NCBI GenBank assembly: GCA_963700145.1
Contig: OY969474.1
Span: 3,200,001 to 3,264,000 of the forward strand
Source of the DNA: an uncultured Acidobacteriota bacterium
Lineage (GTDB): Bacteria; Acidobacteriota; Thermoanaerobaculia; Multivoradales; UBA5704
Direction of reading: 5' to 3'
Length of the DNA stretch: 64,000 bases
The translations under genes and the position numbers were made by a program. The notes below the pieces were generated by a model. That model did not search any database. It was not told where the DNA came from and was given only the letters and a program-made list of their open reading frames with translations. This document shows positions 47,344 to 57,421 of this stretch, piece after piece (positions within the stretch are counted from its first letter, which is position 1; each line of letters opens with the position of its first letter).

Positions 47344-50300
47344 ATGCATGTACTGGAGGACCACGACCAGCCCATCGAGAAGCCTCAAGAACAGCCGCGG
47401 CGCCGCCTCAAGAACCTCGCTTCCCAGTAGGACAATCTTGCGCAAGTACCGCCGCGCCGAAGTCCTGGCATACGCGTTTTCGTCTCGTCCACCTTCGTCG
47501 ATATGGACGAGGAGCGAAGCGAGCTCGCATATCGGGTCTTCCCGTTCCTAAAGAGCAGGTGTGAGGAACGTGGTATTCCTTGGTCAGAGGTGGACCTTCG
47601 GTGGGGAATCACAGATGAGCAGAAAGCCGAAGGCAAGACGCTCGAATTGTGCTTCGCCCAAATCGATCGCTGCCGCCCCTTTTTGATCGGGCTTCTAGGA
47701 GATCGTTATGGCTCGATACCACAGGAGATTCCAGCAGACCTCCTGGCGCGAGAGCGGTGGCTTACCGAGTATCAAGACCGCTCCGTTACAGAGCTTGAGA
47801 TTCTCCATGCTGCTCTAAATACCCCTACACAGGCTACATATGCTTTTTTTTATTTCCGGCAGTCCCGCACACTATCCGTTCTTGACTTGAACCAGAAGAA
47901 GCTTACGGCCCTCAAGCAGAGGATCCGCCAGAGCGGTCTCAAGCTGCACGACAACTATCGCACTGCTCATGAGCTTGCGGAGATGATCATTGCTGACTTC
48001 TCCGCGGTCATCGATTCCTTAGCGCCCAAAGCAGCGCATACAGATCCACTGGCGCGAGCTGCCGCCGAGCAAGAAGCATTCGCTCAGTCCAGGACCGACG
48101 TTTACGTCGGCCGTGACTCGGACTTTGCGCGCCTGCACCAGCATGTGCTCGCAGATGGACCTCCCCTCGTAGTAATCGGGGCAGCGGGGTGCGGAAAGAC
48201 TGCGTTGCTTGCAACCTGGGTGCTTCGCCAGCAGAGAGAAGAGAAAGTTTGCTTTCACTTCATCACTCGCGGATCGAGCGTGAGAGAAATGCTGCGTAGG
48301 CTTCTGAGCGAGCTCAGGTTGGCCTTCAAACTGCCGCCCGAACTAAGAAAGGGGCTTGGGCTGCGACAAGAGTTTGAGGAGTGCCTGGGATCGCTGAGGG
48401 GCAAGGGAAGATTAATTCTGTTGTTGGACGGACTGGATCAACTCGAGGAGCGTGATGGCGCTCATGATCTAGCTTGGCTGCCCCTTGATATCCCGAGCGA
48501 AATCCGCCTGGTCATCTCCACGTCGGGAGGCCGCACATTTCAAAAGCTGGTGGATCGCGGGTGGCCAATATTCGAGGTGGCTCCGTTCACGATCGCTGAG
48601 CGCCAAAGCGTAATCGAGGCAGTTCTAGGAGCCTATGGAAAATCCCTTCCGGTGGAACTCGGCACACGTATCGCTCGCTCGCAAAGCACGGCCCTGGCTT
48701 TATACCTTCGGACTCTGCTAGACGAACTCCGATTCCATGGAGATCCATCTACGCTCAGTGAGCTCGTGGACCAGTACCTCGCAGCTACAAGGCTTGATGA
48801 TCTATTGGTTCGCGTTCTCAGGCGGTACGAGCGCGACTATGAACGTGACCGCCCCAGCCTGGTACGAGATACAATGTCCGCGCTATGGGCCGCTCGGCAA
48901 GGACTGGCCGAGGCCGAGCTGCTTGAGCTGCTCGGCACCGACGGCGAGCGGCTACCGCGTTCGTTGTGGTCCCCAATCTACATTGCCTCCGAAAGAGGGT
49001 TTCTCCATCACGCCGGCCGCCTTGCCCTTCAAGGATATTGGCGCCGTGCGATCCAGCGACATTTCCTGCCTACGGAAGTTGAGCAGCGGCGGGCTCATCG
49101 ACTCTTAGCGGCCTATTTCTCGGCGCAGCCGACCCATGCTAGAACGCTCGCGGAGCTCCCCTGGCAACTTGCAGCTGCGGAAGCTTGGCAGGAACTCTAC
49201 CACCTCCTGCGAAGGCCTTCCTTTTTTCAGGCACTCTGGATTCACAACCAGTTTGAGGCAAGAGGCTTTTGGGCACAATTGGAAGCGCGTTCTTCCTATC
49301 GGCTGCAGGAGGCCTACCGATTTGTTTGCATGCAACGAGGGCACATCGATCCGCACTTCGCGACGAACGTGGCCTCGTTGCTTGCCTTCGGTGGGCACGC
49401 GCAAGAAGCCCTCACGATTCGGGAGTGGGTCGTTCGTCATTACCAAGCCGCCGGGAAGCGAGGCGAGCTCGCTGACGCTCTCAACAACTTAGGGCTGAGT
49501 TATTTAGGAACCGGAAATCTGGACCTTGCACATGAGGTGTTCAAGGCTAGCGAAACGATCTGCCGCGAGCTGAACGACGGGGCTCGCCTGTGCCTGGTTT
49601 TAGGTAATCGCGCGGCCACGTTAATCAGGGAGGATGACCATGAGAGGAAGCTGGGGATAACTGAACTATTGGTCAGCCGGCAGCGAAAGAGTCGAAGGCT
49701 CGATGAAGCGCTTGTTCTTCTGAGAGAGCAGGAAGAGCTCGCGCGCGAACTTCAAGACGCTCGAGCTCTGGGAATGTCACTCCTCAATCAAGGGACGGTG
49801 CGTTTCAAGTGTGACGACGCCGGAGGTATCGAACCCCTGAGGCAAGCGGAGGCTCTATTCTTAGAGATTGGCGATCTTGGAGACTTGGCGACCTGCTTGC
49901 TCAATCAGGCGAGCATGCTGATCCTCAAGCGTAAGAGTCAAGCTATAGGCCTATCCCAACTTGAGAGATCAGAGCAAATCTATCGTGAGTTGGGAGATCG
50001 TGCAGGATTAGCCACTGTCGAAGTGGTCCGGAACGCCGCGCGAGCAAAGATCCCGAATGATGGGATCCTTGACCCGCTGACCGAGTTCGTTGAGTTCTCG
50101 GAGGAAGAGCTCCGGCTGCGCCAGTTAGGTGACGACAGAAAGGTGATCCGAGCTCAACTCGGTCAAGCGAAAATTCGCGGAGCACTTCGAGACTCGGTCT
50201 CGCGCCAACGCGGATTAGAACTGTACCAGGAAGTGGCACGAGCTTGTAGTCAACTCGACGATACCGAAGGCCTCCGTGAGGCCCTCATAGCGATTGGTTC

Positions 50301-50502
50301 ACTTCTCCTAGTTACAGTCACGCCTCTGCGAATTGCGTTGCCCATTCTCGCCGAGGGGCGAAAGTTGGCGAGGAAGCAGCATCAGTTTTTCCTCTGGTTT
50401 GCTTTGCAGGGGTTCCGGTTCTTCATAGTTCTCCTCGCACCGTTCCCCTCACTGGTGGCTCGCTTGATCAACTTCATTGGATCGTTCTTATCAAAGCTAT
50501 AG
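47344..50502 (+). CDS. DUF4062 + P-loop NTPase (NACHT/STAND-like) + TPR protein; in-frame TAG at 47428
   Basis: IRVFVSSTFVDMDEER...DLRWG...GDRYG (DUF4062), GAAGCGKT, LLLDGLDQL, TPRs; lower GC; ORF track starts at 47503. Confidence 0.85.
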
Positions 50503-50571
50503 GTGTCATTCCTCCCAGTCACCGGGCGAGTGAATCGAGCGCAGCATTAAGGCGAGGCGGGGGGGCGCGTC

Positions 50572-50673
50572 ACTGCCGCCGTGCCCTCACCTTCACCGTC
50601 ACCGCCGCCGAACGGCGTCGGCGTCTACCTGCCGGAGCACCGGTGGTAGTTCGAGGGCGGGGTGGCGTGGGAG
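50572..50673 (+). repeat. Degenerate duplicate of the wzt 3' end (47228-47334)
   Basis: Identical blocks GCCCTCACCTTCACCGTCACCGCC (24 bp) and CGGCGTCGGCGTCTACCTGCCGGAGCACCG (30 bp). Confidence 0.9.
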
Positions 50674-50699
50674 GACGTCCGTTCAGAAGAACAAGAGAC

Positions 50700-51113
50700 C
50701 TAGGGCAATAGCTCGAAGGCTTCCAGCCGGCGCCCCACGCGGACGCGATAGGTCGAGAAATCGTCGCGGTCCAGACTGAAGATCCTGCGGGTTTGGAGCT
50801 GCTCGGCCGCGACGACGAGGCTGGCGTCAGCGAGGTCCATCGGATGGTCGGCGTACTCCTCCATCAGCTCGAACGCGCGACGCAGCGCGTCCTCGTCGAG
50901 GAACCAGACCGCCAGGCCGTCGCGACGGACGAACTCCCGCAGCGCGGTCGAGCCACGGCTGGCGGGAGAAAGCAGATGGAAGGCTTCGGTCAGAACGGGG
51001 ACCGTGGTGACAAGCGGCTGGCGCAGCTCCTGGACGACGGCCTTGCAGCGGCTGTGGTTCCGGTCGCGAGGATCGAAGAGGGCGACGAGCGGACCTGTGT
51101 CCGCCAGGATCAC
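50700..51113 (-). CDS. vapC: VapC PIN toxin
   Basis: ILADTGPLVAL...VLTEA...MDLADASLV...FSLD. Confidence 0.92.
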   Translation of the reverse strand: MILADTGPLVALFDPRDRNHSRCKAVVQELRQPLVTTVPVLTEAFHLLSPASRGSTALREFVRRDGLAVWFLDEDALRRAFELMEEYADHPMDLADASLVVAAEQLQTRRIFSLDRDDFSTYRVRVGRRLEAFELLP

Positions 51114-51376
51114 CGTCCGTGTTTCCGGCGGACAGCGGCCAGAACGCCGTCTCGCGCCCGGTCCGAGGGCGCGATCGCGTAGCCGCCGGGCCCGAGGTCG
51201 AGCTCCCGGTAGATCTCGAACGCCATGCGCGCCGGCTTCTCCTCGGCCTCGATGCGGTCGCGCAGAGCGCGCAACCCCTCCTTGAGAACCCCCGAGGTCG
51301 AGAGCCCGGTCGCCTGCACGAGCTGCTCCAGGATCTCTTCGCTGTCGTCGTCGAGCCGGACCGTGCGCGTGGCCAT
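51110..51376 (-). CDS. RHH antitoxin
   Basis: TRTVRLDDDSEEIL...; upstream IR GTAATAC-GGAGT-GTATTAC (51389-51407). Confidence 0.85.
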   Translation of the reverse strand: MATRTVRLDDDSEEILEQLVQATGLSTSGVLKEGLRALRDRIEAEEKPARMAFEIYRELDLGPGGYAIAPSDRARDGVLAAVRRKHGR

Positions 51377-51437
51377 CGCCGTCACCTCGTAATACGGAGT
51401 GTATTACAGGTACGCCGGCGCGTCGACCTCACAGAGG

Positions 51438-53486
51438 CTACTTGCCTAGCAGCTTCTTGACGCGCGCCGCGACGACTTCCGGGGTGAAGCCGAGGTCCTT
51501 CGCCAGATCCTTGTAGGGGGCGGAGGCGCCGAAGCGCTCTAGGCCGTGGACCTCGCCCTCCTCGCCGACCCAGCGGTGCCAGCCGTCCGGGGCGGCGGCT
51601 TCGACGGCCAGGCGCTTGCGCACGGCCGGGGGCAGGACCGCGTCGCGGTACTCCTGGTCCTCGGCTTCGAAGAGCTCCCAGCAGGGCATGCTGACGACGC
51701 GCGTCCACACCCCCTCGGCCGCCAGGGCCTTGTGCGCGGCGAGCGCCACGGAGACCTCGGAGCCGGTGGCGAGGAGCAGCGCCTCCGGGTCGCCTTCGGC
51801 CGGGTCGGCGAGGACGTAGGCGCCGCGCCCCACCCCCGCCGCGGCGCGCTCGCGCGTCTCGGCGAGGACCGGCAGGTTCTGCCGCGTCAGCGCCAGCGCT
51901 GTCGGCGCGTGCCGGCGCTCGATCGCCACCCGCCAGGCCTGCGCCGTCTCGTTGGCGTCGGCCGGGCGGATCACCGCCAGGCGCGGCACTGCGCGCAGCG
52001 CCGCGAGCTGCTCGATCGGCTGGTGCGTCGGGCCGTCCTCGCCGAGAAAGATCGAGTCGTGGGTGAAGACGTAGACCGCCTGCACGCCCATCAGCGCCGC
52101 CAGGCGGATCGGCGGCCGCATGTAGTCCGAGAAGATCAGGAAGGTGCCGCCGTAGGGCACGAAGGCGCGCGAGAGGGCGATGCCGTTCAAGATCGAGCCC
52201 ATGGCGTGCTCGCGCACGCCGAAGCGGAGGTAGCGGCCGTTGCGCTCCGTCGCCGAGAAGTCGGCCGAGCCCTTGATCCTCGTGTTGTTCGAGGGCGTCA
52301 GGTCCGCCGAGCCGCCGACGAGGTGCGGCAGCGCCGGCGCCAGCGCCTCGAGCACCTTGCCCGAGGCGGCGCGGGTCGCCATCCCCTTCTCGTCCGGCTC
52401 GAAGACGGGCAACGCCTCCTGCCAGCCTTGCGGCAGCTCGCCGGCGAGCCGCGCCCGCAGCTCCCGCCCCTCCTCCGGGTGTGCCGCCGCGTAGCGCGCC
52501 ACCAGCTCCTCCCACTCGGCCTGCAGCCGCCGCCCGCGCTCGCGCGCCTCCTCGAACGGCGCGCGCCCCCCCTCCGGCACGTGGAAGAGCGGCTCGAGCG
52601 GCCAGCCGAGCGCCCGCTTCGTCGCCTCCGCCTCCTCTTTCCCGAGCGGCGAGCCGTGGACATCGGCGGTGCCCGCCTTGTGCGGGCTGCCGTAACCGAT
52701 CACCGTGCGCACGACGACGAGCGACGGCCGCTCGCTTTCCGCCTCCGCGCCGCGGATCGCCGCCTCCAGCGCCGCGAGGTCGTTGCCGTCGTCCACGCGC
52801 TGGACGTGCCAGCCGTAGGCGGCGAAGCGCGCGCCGACGTCCTCGGAGAAAGCGAGTGACGTCGGCCCGTCGATCGAGACGTCGTTGTCGTCGTAGAAGA
52901 CGGTCAGCTTGCCGAGCTTGAGGTGGCCGGCGAGCGAGCAGGCCTCGGAGGCGACGCCCTCCATCATGTCGCCGTCGCTGGCGAAAACCCAGGTGCGGTA
53001 GTCGACGACCGGGAAGCCGTCGCGGTTGAAGCGCGCGCCGAGGAGCTGCTCGGCGATCGCCATGCCGACGGCGTTCCCCACCCCCTGGCCGAGCGGGCCG
53101 GTCGTCGTCTCGACGCCGCGCGTCAGCTCGCGCTCGGGGTGCCCCGGGGTCTTCGAGCCGAGCTGGCGGAAGCGCTTCAGCTCCTCGATCGGCAGGCCGT
53201 ACCCCGCGAGGTGGAGCAGCGCGTAGAGCAGCGCCGAGGCGTGGCCGCAGGAGAGGACGAAGCGGTCGCGGTTCGGCCAGTCGGGGTCGTCGGGATGGTG
53301 GCGGAGGTGGCGGGTCCAGAGGAGGTAGGCGAGCGGCGCCTGCCCGAGCGGCGCACCGGGGTGCCCGGAGGCCGCCGCCTCGACCATGTCCACCGCCAGG
53401 AAGCGGATGGTGTCGATCGCCAGGCGGTCGGCGTCGGTCGTCGCGGTCTCGCTCGTCGCGGCGCGCGTCTCCAGGTCCGTCGTCAC
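51438..53486 (-). CDS. tkt: Transketolase
   Basis: [42 protein letters not shown]. Confidence 0.98.
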   Translation of the reverse strand: MTTDLETRAATSETATTDADRLAIDTIRFLAVDMVEAAASGHPGAPLGQAPLAYLLWTRHLRHHPDDPDWPNRDRFVLSCGHASALLYALLHLAGYGLPIEELKRFRQLGSKTPGHPERELTRGVETTTGPLGQGVGNAVGMAIAEQLLGARFNRDGFPVVDYRTWVFASDGDMMEGVASEACSLAGHLKLGKLTVFYDDNDVSIDGPTSLAFSEDVGARFAAYGWHVQRVDDGNDLAALEAAIRGAEAESERPSLVVVRTVIGYGSPHKAGTADVHGSPLGKEEAEATKRALGWPLEPLFHVPEGGRAPFEEARERGRRLQAEWEELVARYAAAHPEEGRELRARLAGELPQGWQEALPVFEPDEKGMATRAASGKVLEALAPALPHLVGGSADLTPSNNTRIKGSADFSATERNGRYLRFGVREHAMGSILNGIALSRAFVPYGGTFLIFSDYMRPPIRLAALMGVQAVYVFTHDSIFLGEDGPTHQPIEQLAALRAVPRLAVIRPADANETAQAWRVAIERRHAPTALALTRQNLPVLAETRERAAAGVGRGAYVLADPAEGDPEALLLATGSEVSVALAAHKALAAEGVWTRVVSMPCWELFEAEDQEYRDAVLPPAVRKRLAVEAAAPDGWHRWVGEEGEVHGLERFGASAPYKDLAKDLGFTPEVVAARVKKLLGK

Positions 53487-53515
53487 GGGGGCATACTCTA
53501 CCCCGCGGTGCTGTT

Positions 53516-53544
53516 TTGACTGCCCGGCGGGCGGCCCCTACAAT
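53516..53544 (+). promoter_or_regulatory. Sigma70 promoter of tRNA-Ser
   Basis: TTGACT, 17 bp spacer, TACAAT. Confidence 0.75.
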
Positions 53545-53565
53545 GGTCCGCTCGGTCGAGAGCCC

Positions 53566-53660
<95 letters not shown>

Positions 53661-53707
53661 CGACGACCCGGCCGGCGGCCTCCGCCGGCCGCCGCGGCAC
53701 CCCGACA

Positions 53708-55066
53708 ATGAAAGCGACCAATCCGGCCACCGGCGAGACCCTCGCCGACTACCCCGACACCTCGCCCGAGGAGGTCGGCCGCCTGCTCGCGCGCGCCGAG
53801 GAGGCCTTCGCCGCCTGGCGGCGCGAGCCCTTCGCCGAGCGCGCCCGCCGCATGCACCGGCTGGCGGAGCTGCTCGGCGAGCGCCGCGCCGAGTCCGCCA
53901 AGCTCATCACCGAGGAGATGGGCAAGCCCATCGCCGCCGCCGAGGCTGAGATCGACAAGTGCGCCCTCGGCTGCACCTTCTACGCCGAGCACGCCGAGGC
54001 CTTCCTCGCCCCCGAAGAGGTGGCGACCGAGGCCTCGCGGAGCCTGGTGCGCTGCGACCCGCTCGGGCCGCTGCTCGCGGTGATGCCCTGGAACTTCCCC
54101 TTCTGGCAGGTCTTCCGCTTCGCCGTCCCGGCGGTCATGGCCGGCAACGTCGCGGTCTTGAAGCACGCCGGCAACGTCCCGGGGTCGGCGCTGGCGATCG
54201 AGGCGCTCTTCCGCGAGGCCGGCTTCCCGGAGGGGGTGTTCACGACCCTCCTGGTCTCCTCCGATCGGGTGGCCGAGGTGATCCGCCACCCGGCGATCAA
54301 GGGCGTGAGCCTGACCGGCAGCGACCGCGCCGGCATGGCGGTGGCCTCCGCGGCCGGCGGCGCGCTCAAGAAGACGGTGCTCGAGCTCGGCGGCTCGGAC
54401 CCCTTCCTGGTCCTCGCCGACGCCGATCCGGTGGCGGCGGCGGGCGAGGCGGCGAAGGCGCGCGCCCTCAACTCCGGCCAGAGCTGCATCTGCGCCAAGC
54501 GCTTCCTGGTCGAGGAGCCGGTGGCCGACGCCTTCGAGGCGGAGCTGGTGCGGCGGATGGACGCGCTGGTCGTCGGCGATCCGCTCGACCGCGCGACCGA
54601 GGTCGGCCCGCTCGCCCGCGAGGACCTGCTGCGCGACCTCCACGACCAGGTGCAGCGCACCGTCGCGGCCGGCGCCGTCCTGCGCACCGGCGGCCGGCGC
54701 CTGCCGGGGCCGGGCACCTACTACGCCCCGACCGTGCTCGCCGGCGTCCTGCCCGGGATGGCCGCCTTCGAGGAGGAGACCTTCGGGCCGGTGGCGGCGG
54801 TGACACGGGTGCGCGACGCCGAGGAGGGCGTCGAGCTGGCGAACCGCTCGCGCTACGGCCTCGGCGCTTCGATCTGGACCGGCGACCCGGCGCGCGGCGA
54901 GGAGCTGGCGGCGCGCATCGACGCCGGCTCGGTCTTCGTCAACGGCATCGTCAAGAGCGACCCGCGGCTGCCTTTCGGCGGCGTCAAGGCCTCCGGCTAC
55001 GGCCGCGAGCTGGCGCGCGAGGGGATCCGCGAGTTCGTCAACCTCAAGACCGTGTGGGTGAAATGA
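53708..55066 (+). CDS. NAD(P)-dependent succinate-semialdehyde dehydrogenase-like ALDH
   Basis: VMPWNFPFWQVFRFA, LELGGSDP, GQSCICAKR, EETFGP. Confidence 0.93.
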   Translation: MKATNPATGETLADYPDTSPEEVGRLLARAEEAFAAWRREPFAERARRMHRLAELLGERRAESAKLITEEMGKPIAAAEAEIDKCALGCTFYAEHAEAFLAPEEVATEASRSLVRCDPLGPLLAVMPWNFPFWQVFRFAVPAVMAGNVAVLKHAGNVPGSALAIEALFREAGFPEGVFTTLLVSSDRVAEVIRHPAIKGVSLTGSDRAGMAVASAAGGALKKTVLELGGSDPFLVLADADPVAAAGEAAKARALNSGQSCICAKRFLVEEPVADAFEAELVRRMDALVVGDPLDRATEVGPLAREDLLRDLHDQVQRTVAAGAVLRTGGRRLPGPGTYYAPTVLAGVLPGMAAFEEETFGPVAAVTRVRDAEEGVELANRSRYGLGASIWTGDPARGEELAARIDAGSVFVNGIVKSDPRLPFGGVKASGYGRELAREGIREFVNLKTVWVK

Positions 55067-56526
55067 CCGAGATCACCGGCCCGGTGCGGGTCCGCTTCGC
55101 TCCCTCGCCGACGGGGTTCCTGCACGTCGGCGGCGCGCGCACCGCGATCTACAACGACCTGCTGCGGCAGAGCGCCGGCGGCGCCTTCGTGCTGCGCATC
55201 GAGGACACCGACCGCGAGCGCTCCGACGAGGCGATGACCCACCAGATCCAGAGCGCGCTCGCCTGGATCGGCGTCGAGTGGGACGAGGGGCCGTACCTCC
55301 AAAGCGAGCGGCTGGGCCGCCACCGCGAGCGCGCCGAGGAGCTCCTGGCCGCCGGCGGCGCCTACCGCTGCTTCTGCGCGCCCGAGGAGCTGGACCGCCT
55401 GCGCCAGGAGGCGCAGAAGCGCGGCGACGCCTTCCGCTACCCGCGCACCTGCCTCAAGCTCTCCGACGACGAGGTGCGCGAGCGGCTGGCGCGCGGCGAG
55501 CCCTTCGCCGTCCGCTGCCGCATGCCGGACGAGCCCATCCGCTTCCACGACCTGGTGCGCGGCGACATGGACTTCCCGCCCGAGGCGCTCGACGACTTCG
55601 TCCTGCTGCGCTCGGACGGCACGCCGACCTACCACATGTCGGTCGTCGTCGACGACATCGACATGGCGATCACCCACGTCATCCGCGGCGAGGACCACCT
55701 CTCGAACACGCCGAAGCACATCGCGCTCTTCCGCGCCTTCGGCGCCGCGGTCCCGACCTTCGGCCACCTGCCGCTGATCCTCGGGCCGGACAAGAAGCGG
55801 CTGTCGAAGCGGATCGGCTCGACCGCCGTCGAGGAGTTCCGCGCCGAGGGCATCCTGCCGCAGGCGCTCTACAACTTCCTCGCCCTGCTCGGCTGGAACC
55901 CCGGCGACGAGCGCGAGGTCCTGTCGCGGCGCGAGCTGATCGAGCTCTTCACCGTCGACCGCCTCAACGCCTCGGCGGCCGTCTTCGACCGCGACAAGCT
56001 GCTGTGGATGAACGCGCAGTACCTCTCGAACCTGCCGCTCGGGGAGATCCGGCCGCACCTCGAGCCGTTCCTGGCCGAGGTGGGGTTGGGCGGCGGCGTG
56101 ATGGACGAAGCGCGGCTCGCCGCGGCGCTCGAGCTGCACAGGACGCGGGCGCGGACGCTAAGGGACTTGGCGCAGGCGGTCGTGCCGTACTTCGCGCCCG
56201 CGCTCGACTACGACCCGGCGCTCTGCGGGAAGTACGTCGAGGATCCGGCGGTGGCCGAAGGGCTCGCCGCATTGCGCGAGAAGTTGCTGGCCTTGCCAGA
56301 ATGGGAGAAGGGCGCCATCGAGGCGGAGCTGCGCGCCGTCGCGGAGGCGCGCGGCGTCAAGGCCGGGGCGCTCATCCACCCCACCCGCATGGCCCTCTCC
56401 GGCGCCAGCGCCGGACCGCCGCTCTTCGACCTCCTCGAAGTCATGGGCCAAGAGGCCACCGCGCGCCACCTGGAGCGCTTCGCGGCGTGCCTGCGAGAGG
56501 AATTCCGCCCGGCACCGACCGGTTGA
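55063..56526 (+). CDS. gltX: Glutamate--tRNA ligase
   Basis: RFAPSPTGFLHVGG, LRIEDTD, IRGEDH, RLSKR. Confidence 0.97.
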   Translation: MTEITGPVRVRFAPSPTGFLHVGGARTAIYNDLLRQSAGGAFVLRIEDTDRERSDEAMTHQIQSALAWIGVEWDEGPYLQSERLGRHRERAEELLAAGGAYRCFCAPEELDRLRQEAQKRGDAFRYPRTCLKLSDDEVRERLARGEPFAVRCRMPDEPIRFHDLVRGDMDFPPEALDDFVLLRSDGTPTYHMSVVVDDIDMAITHVIRGEDHLSNTPKHIALFRAFGAAVPTFGHLPLILGPDKKRLSKRIGSTAVEEFRAEGILPQALYNFLALLGWNPGDEREVLSRRELIELFTVDRLNASAAVFDRDKLLWMNAQYLSNLPLGEIRPHLEPFLAEVGLGGGVMDEARLAAALELHRTRARTLRDLAQAVVPYFAPALDYDPALCGKYVEDPAVAEGLAALREKLLALPEWEKGAIEAELRAVAEARGVKAGALIHPTRMALSGASAGPPLFDLLEVMGQEATARHLERFAACLREEFRPAPTG

Positions 56527-56572
56527 GCGGGTTGACCCAAAACGCCCCGTTCGGCTAGCGTCCGCAAGGCCT

Positions 56573-56646
56573 TGGGAGGTCGTTCAACGGTAGGACACGT
56601 GGCTCTGGACCACGGTATCGGGGTTCGAATCCCTGCCTCCCAGCCA
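56573..56646 (+). tRNA. tRNA-Gln(CTG)
   Basis: TGGGAGG...CTCTGGA...GGTTCGAATCC...CCTCCCAGCCA. Confidence 0.95.
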
Positions 56647-56701
56647 ACGCCGGTTTCGTCGTAACCCCCTCAAGACAAAGCTGCTGCTAGACTGCCGCTC
56701 G

Positions 56702-56986
56702 ATGAGCGGCATCCTGCGGAAGTACCGAGCGGAGATCCTCGACCTGGCGAAGCGCCACGGGGCGGGGAACGTGCGTGTCTTCGGTTCCCTTGCGCACGGC
56801 GAGGGTGGCGAGACCAGCGACCTCGACCTGCTCGTGACGCTCGCGGAAGGACGCTCGCTGCTCGATCTCGTGGGGCTCAAACAGGACTTAGAAGACCTCG
56901 TCCATCGCCGGGTGGACGTTGTCACGGAGCGGGCACTCTCTCCCTACCTGCGAGAGCGTGTTCTCTCAGAAGCGCTCCCGCTGTGA
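56702..56986 (+). CDS. MNT minimal nucleotidyltransferase antitoxin
   Basis: VFGSLAHGE...SDLDLLV. Confidence 0.92.
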   Translation: MSGILRKYRAEILDLAKRHGAGNVRVFGSLAHGEGGETSDLDLLVTLAEGRSLLDLVGLKQDLEDLVHRRVDVVTERALSPYLRERVLSEALPL

Positions 56987-57315
56987 GCCGGGATGATCTC
57001 TACCTGCAGCACGTCTTAGATGCCATCGCGAAGATCGAGCGGTATGTAGAGGTCGGCCACGATGAATTCATGGCCGCTTCCCATTGGCAGGACGCGGTAG
57101 TCCGCCAGCTCGAGATCATCGGCGAAGCGATCAAACGCCTTCCATCCGCGCTGACACAGCAGAGACCTGAGATCCCTTGGCGTCGCATCGCCGGCATGCG
57201 AGACGTCCTAATCCACGATTACATGGGCGTGGACCTCGAAGCCGTCTGGCAGGTCACGCAGCACGATCTACCCAAGCTGCGCGACGCTATCGAGGAACTC
57301 CAGGGCAGGAGATAG
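56983..57315 (+). CDS. HEPN (DUF86) toxin
   Basis: LEIIGEA...IPWRRIAGMRDVLIHDY (RX4H). Confidence 0.92.
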   Translation: MSRDDLYLQHVLDAIAKIERYVEVGHDEFMAASHWQDAVVRQLEIIGEAIKRLPSALTQQRPEIPWRRIAGMRDVLIHDYMGVDLEAVWQVTQHDLPKLRDAIEELQGRR

Positions 57316-57421
57316 CGTTCTTGCTCGAGCTTCCCCTTCGCGCCAACGGGGTGGCCCACGCGCGTGAAGACGTCGCTTTCGATAGTCCGCTCTCCGCCAG
57401 CAAGAAAAGTCGCCGAGGTGA

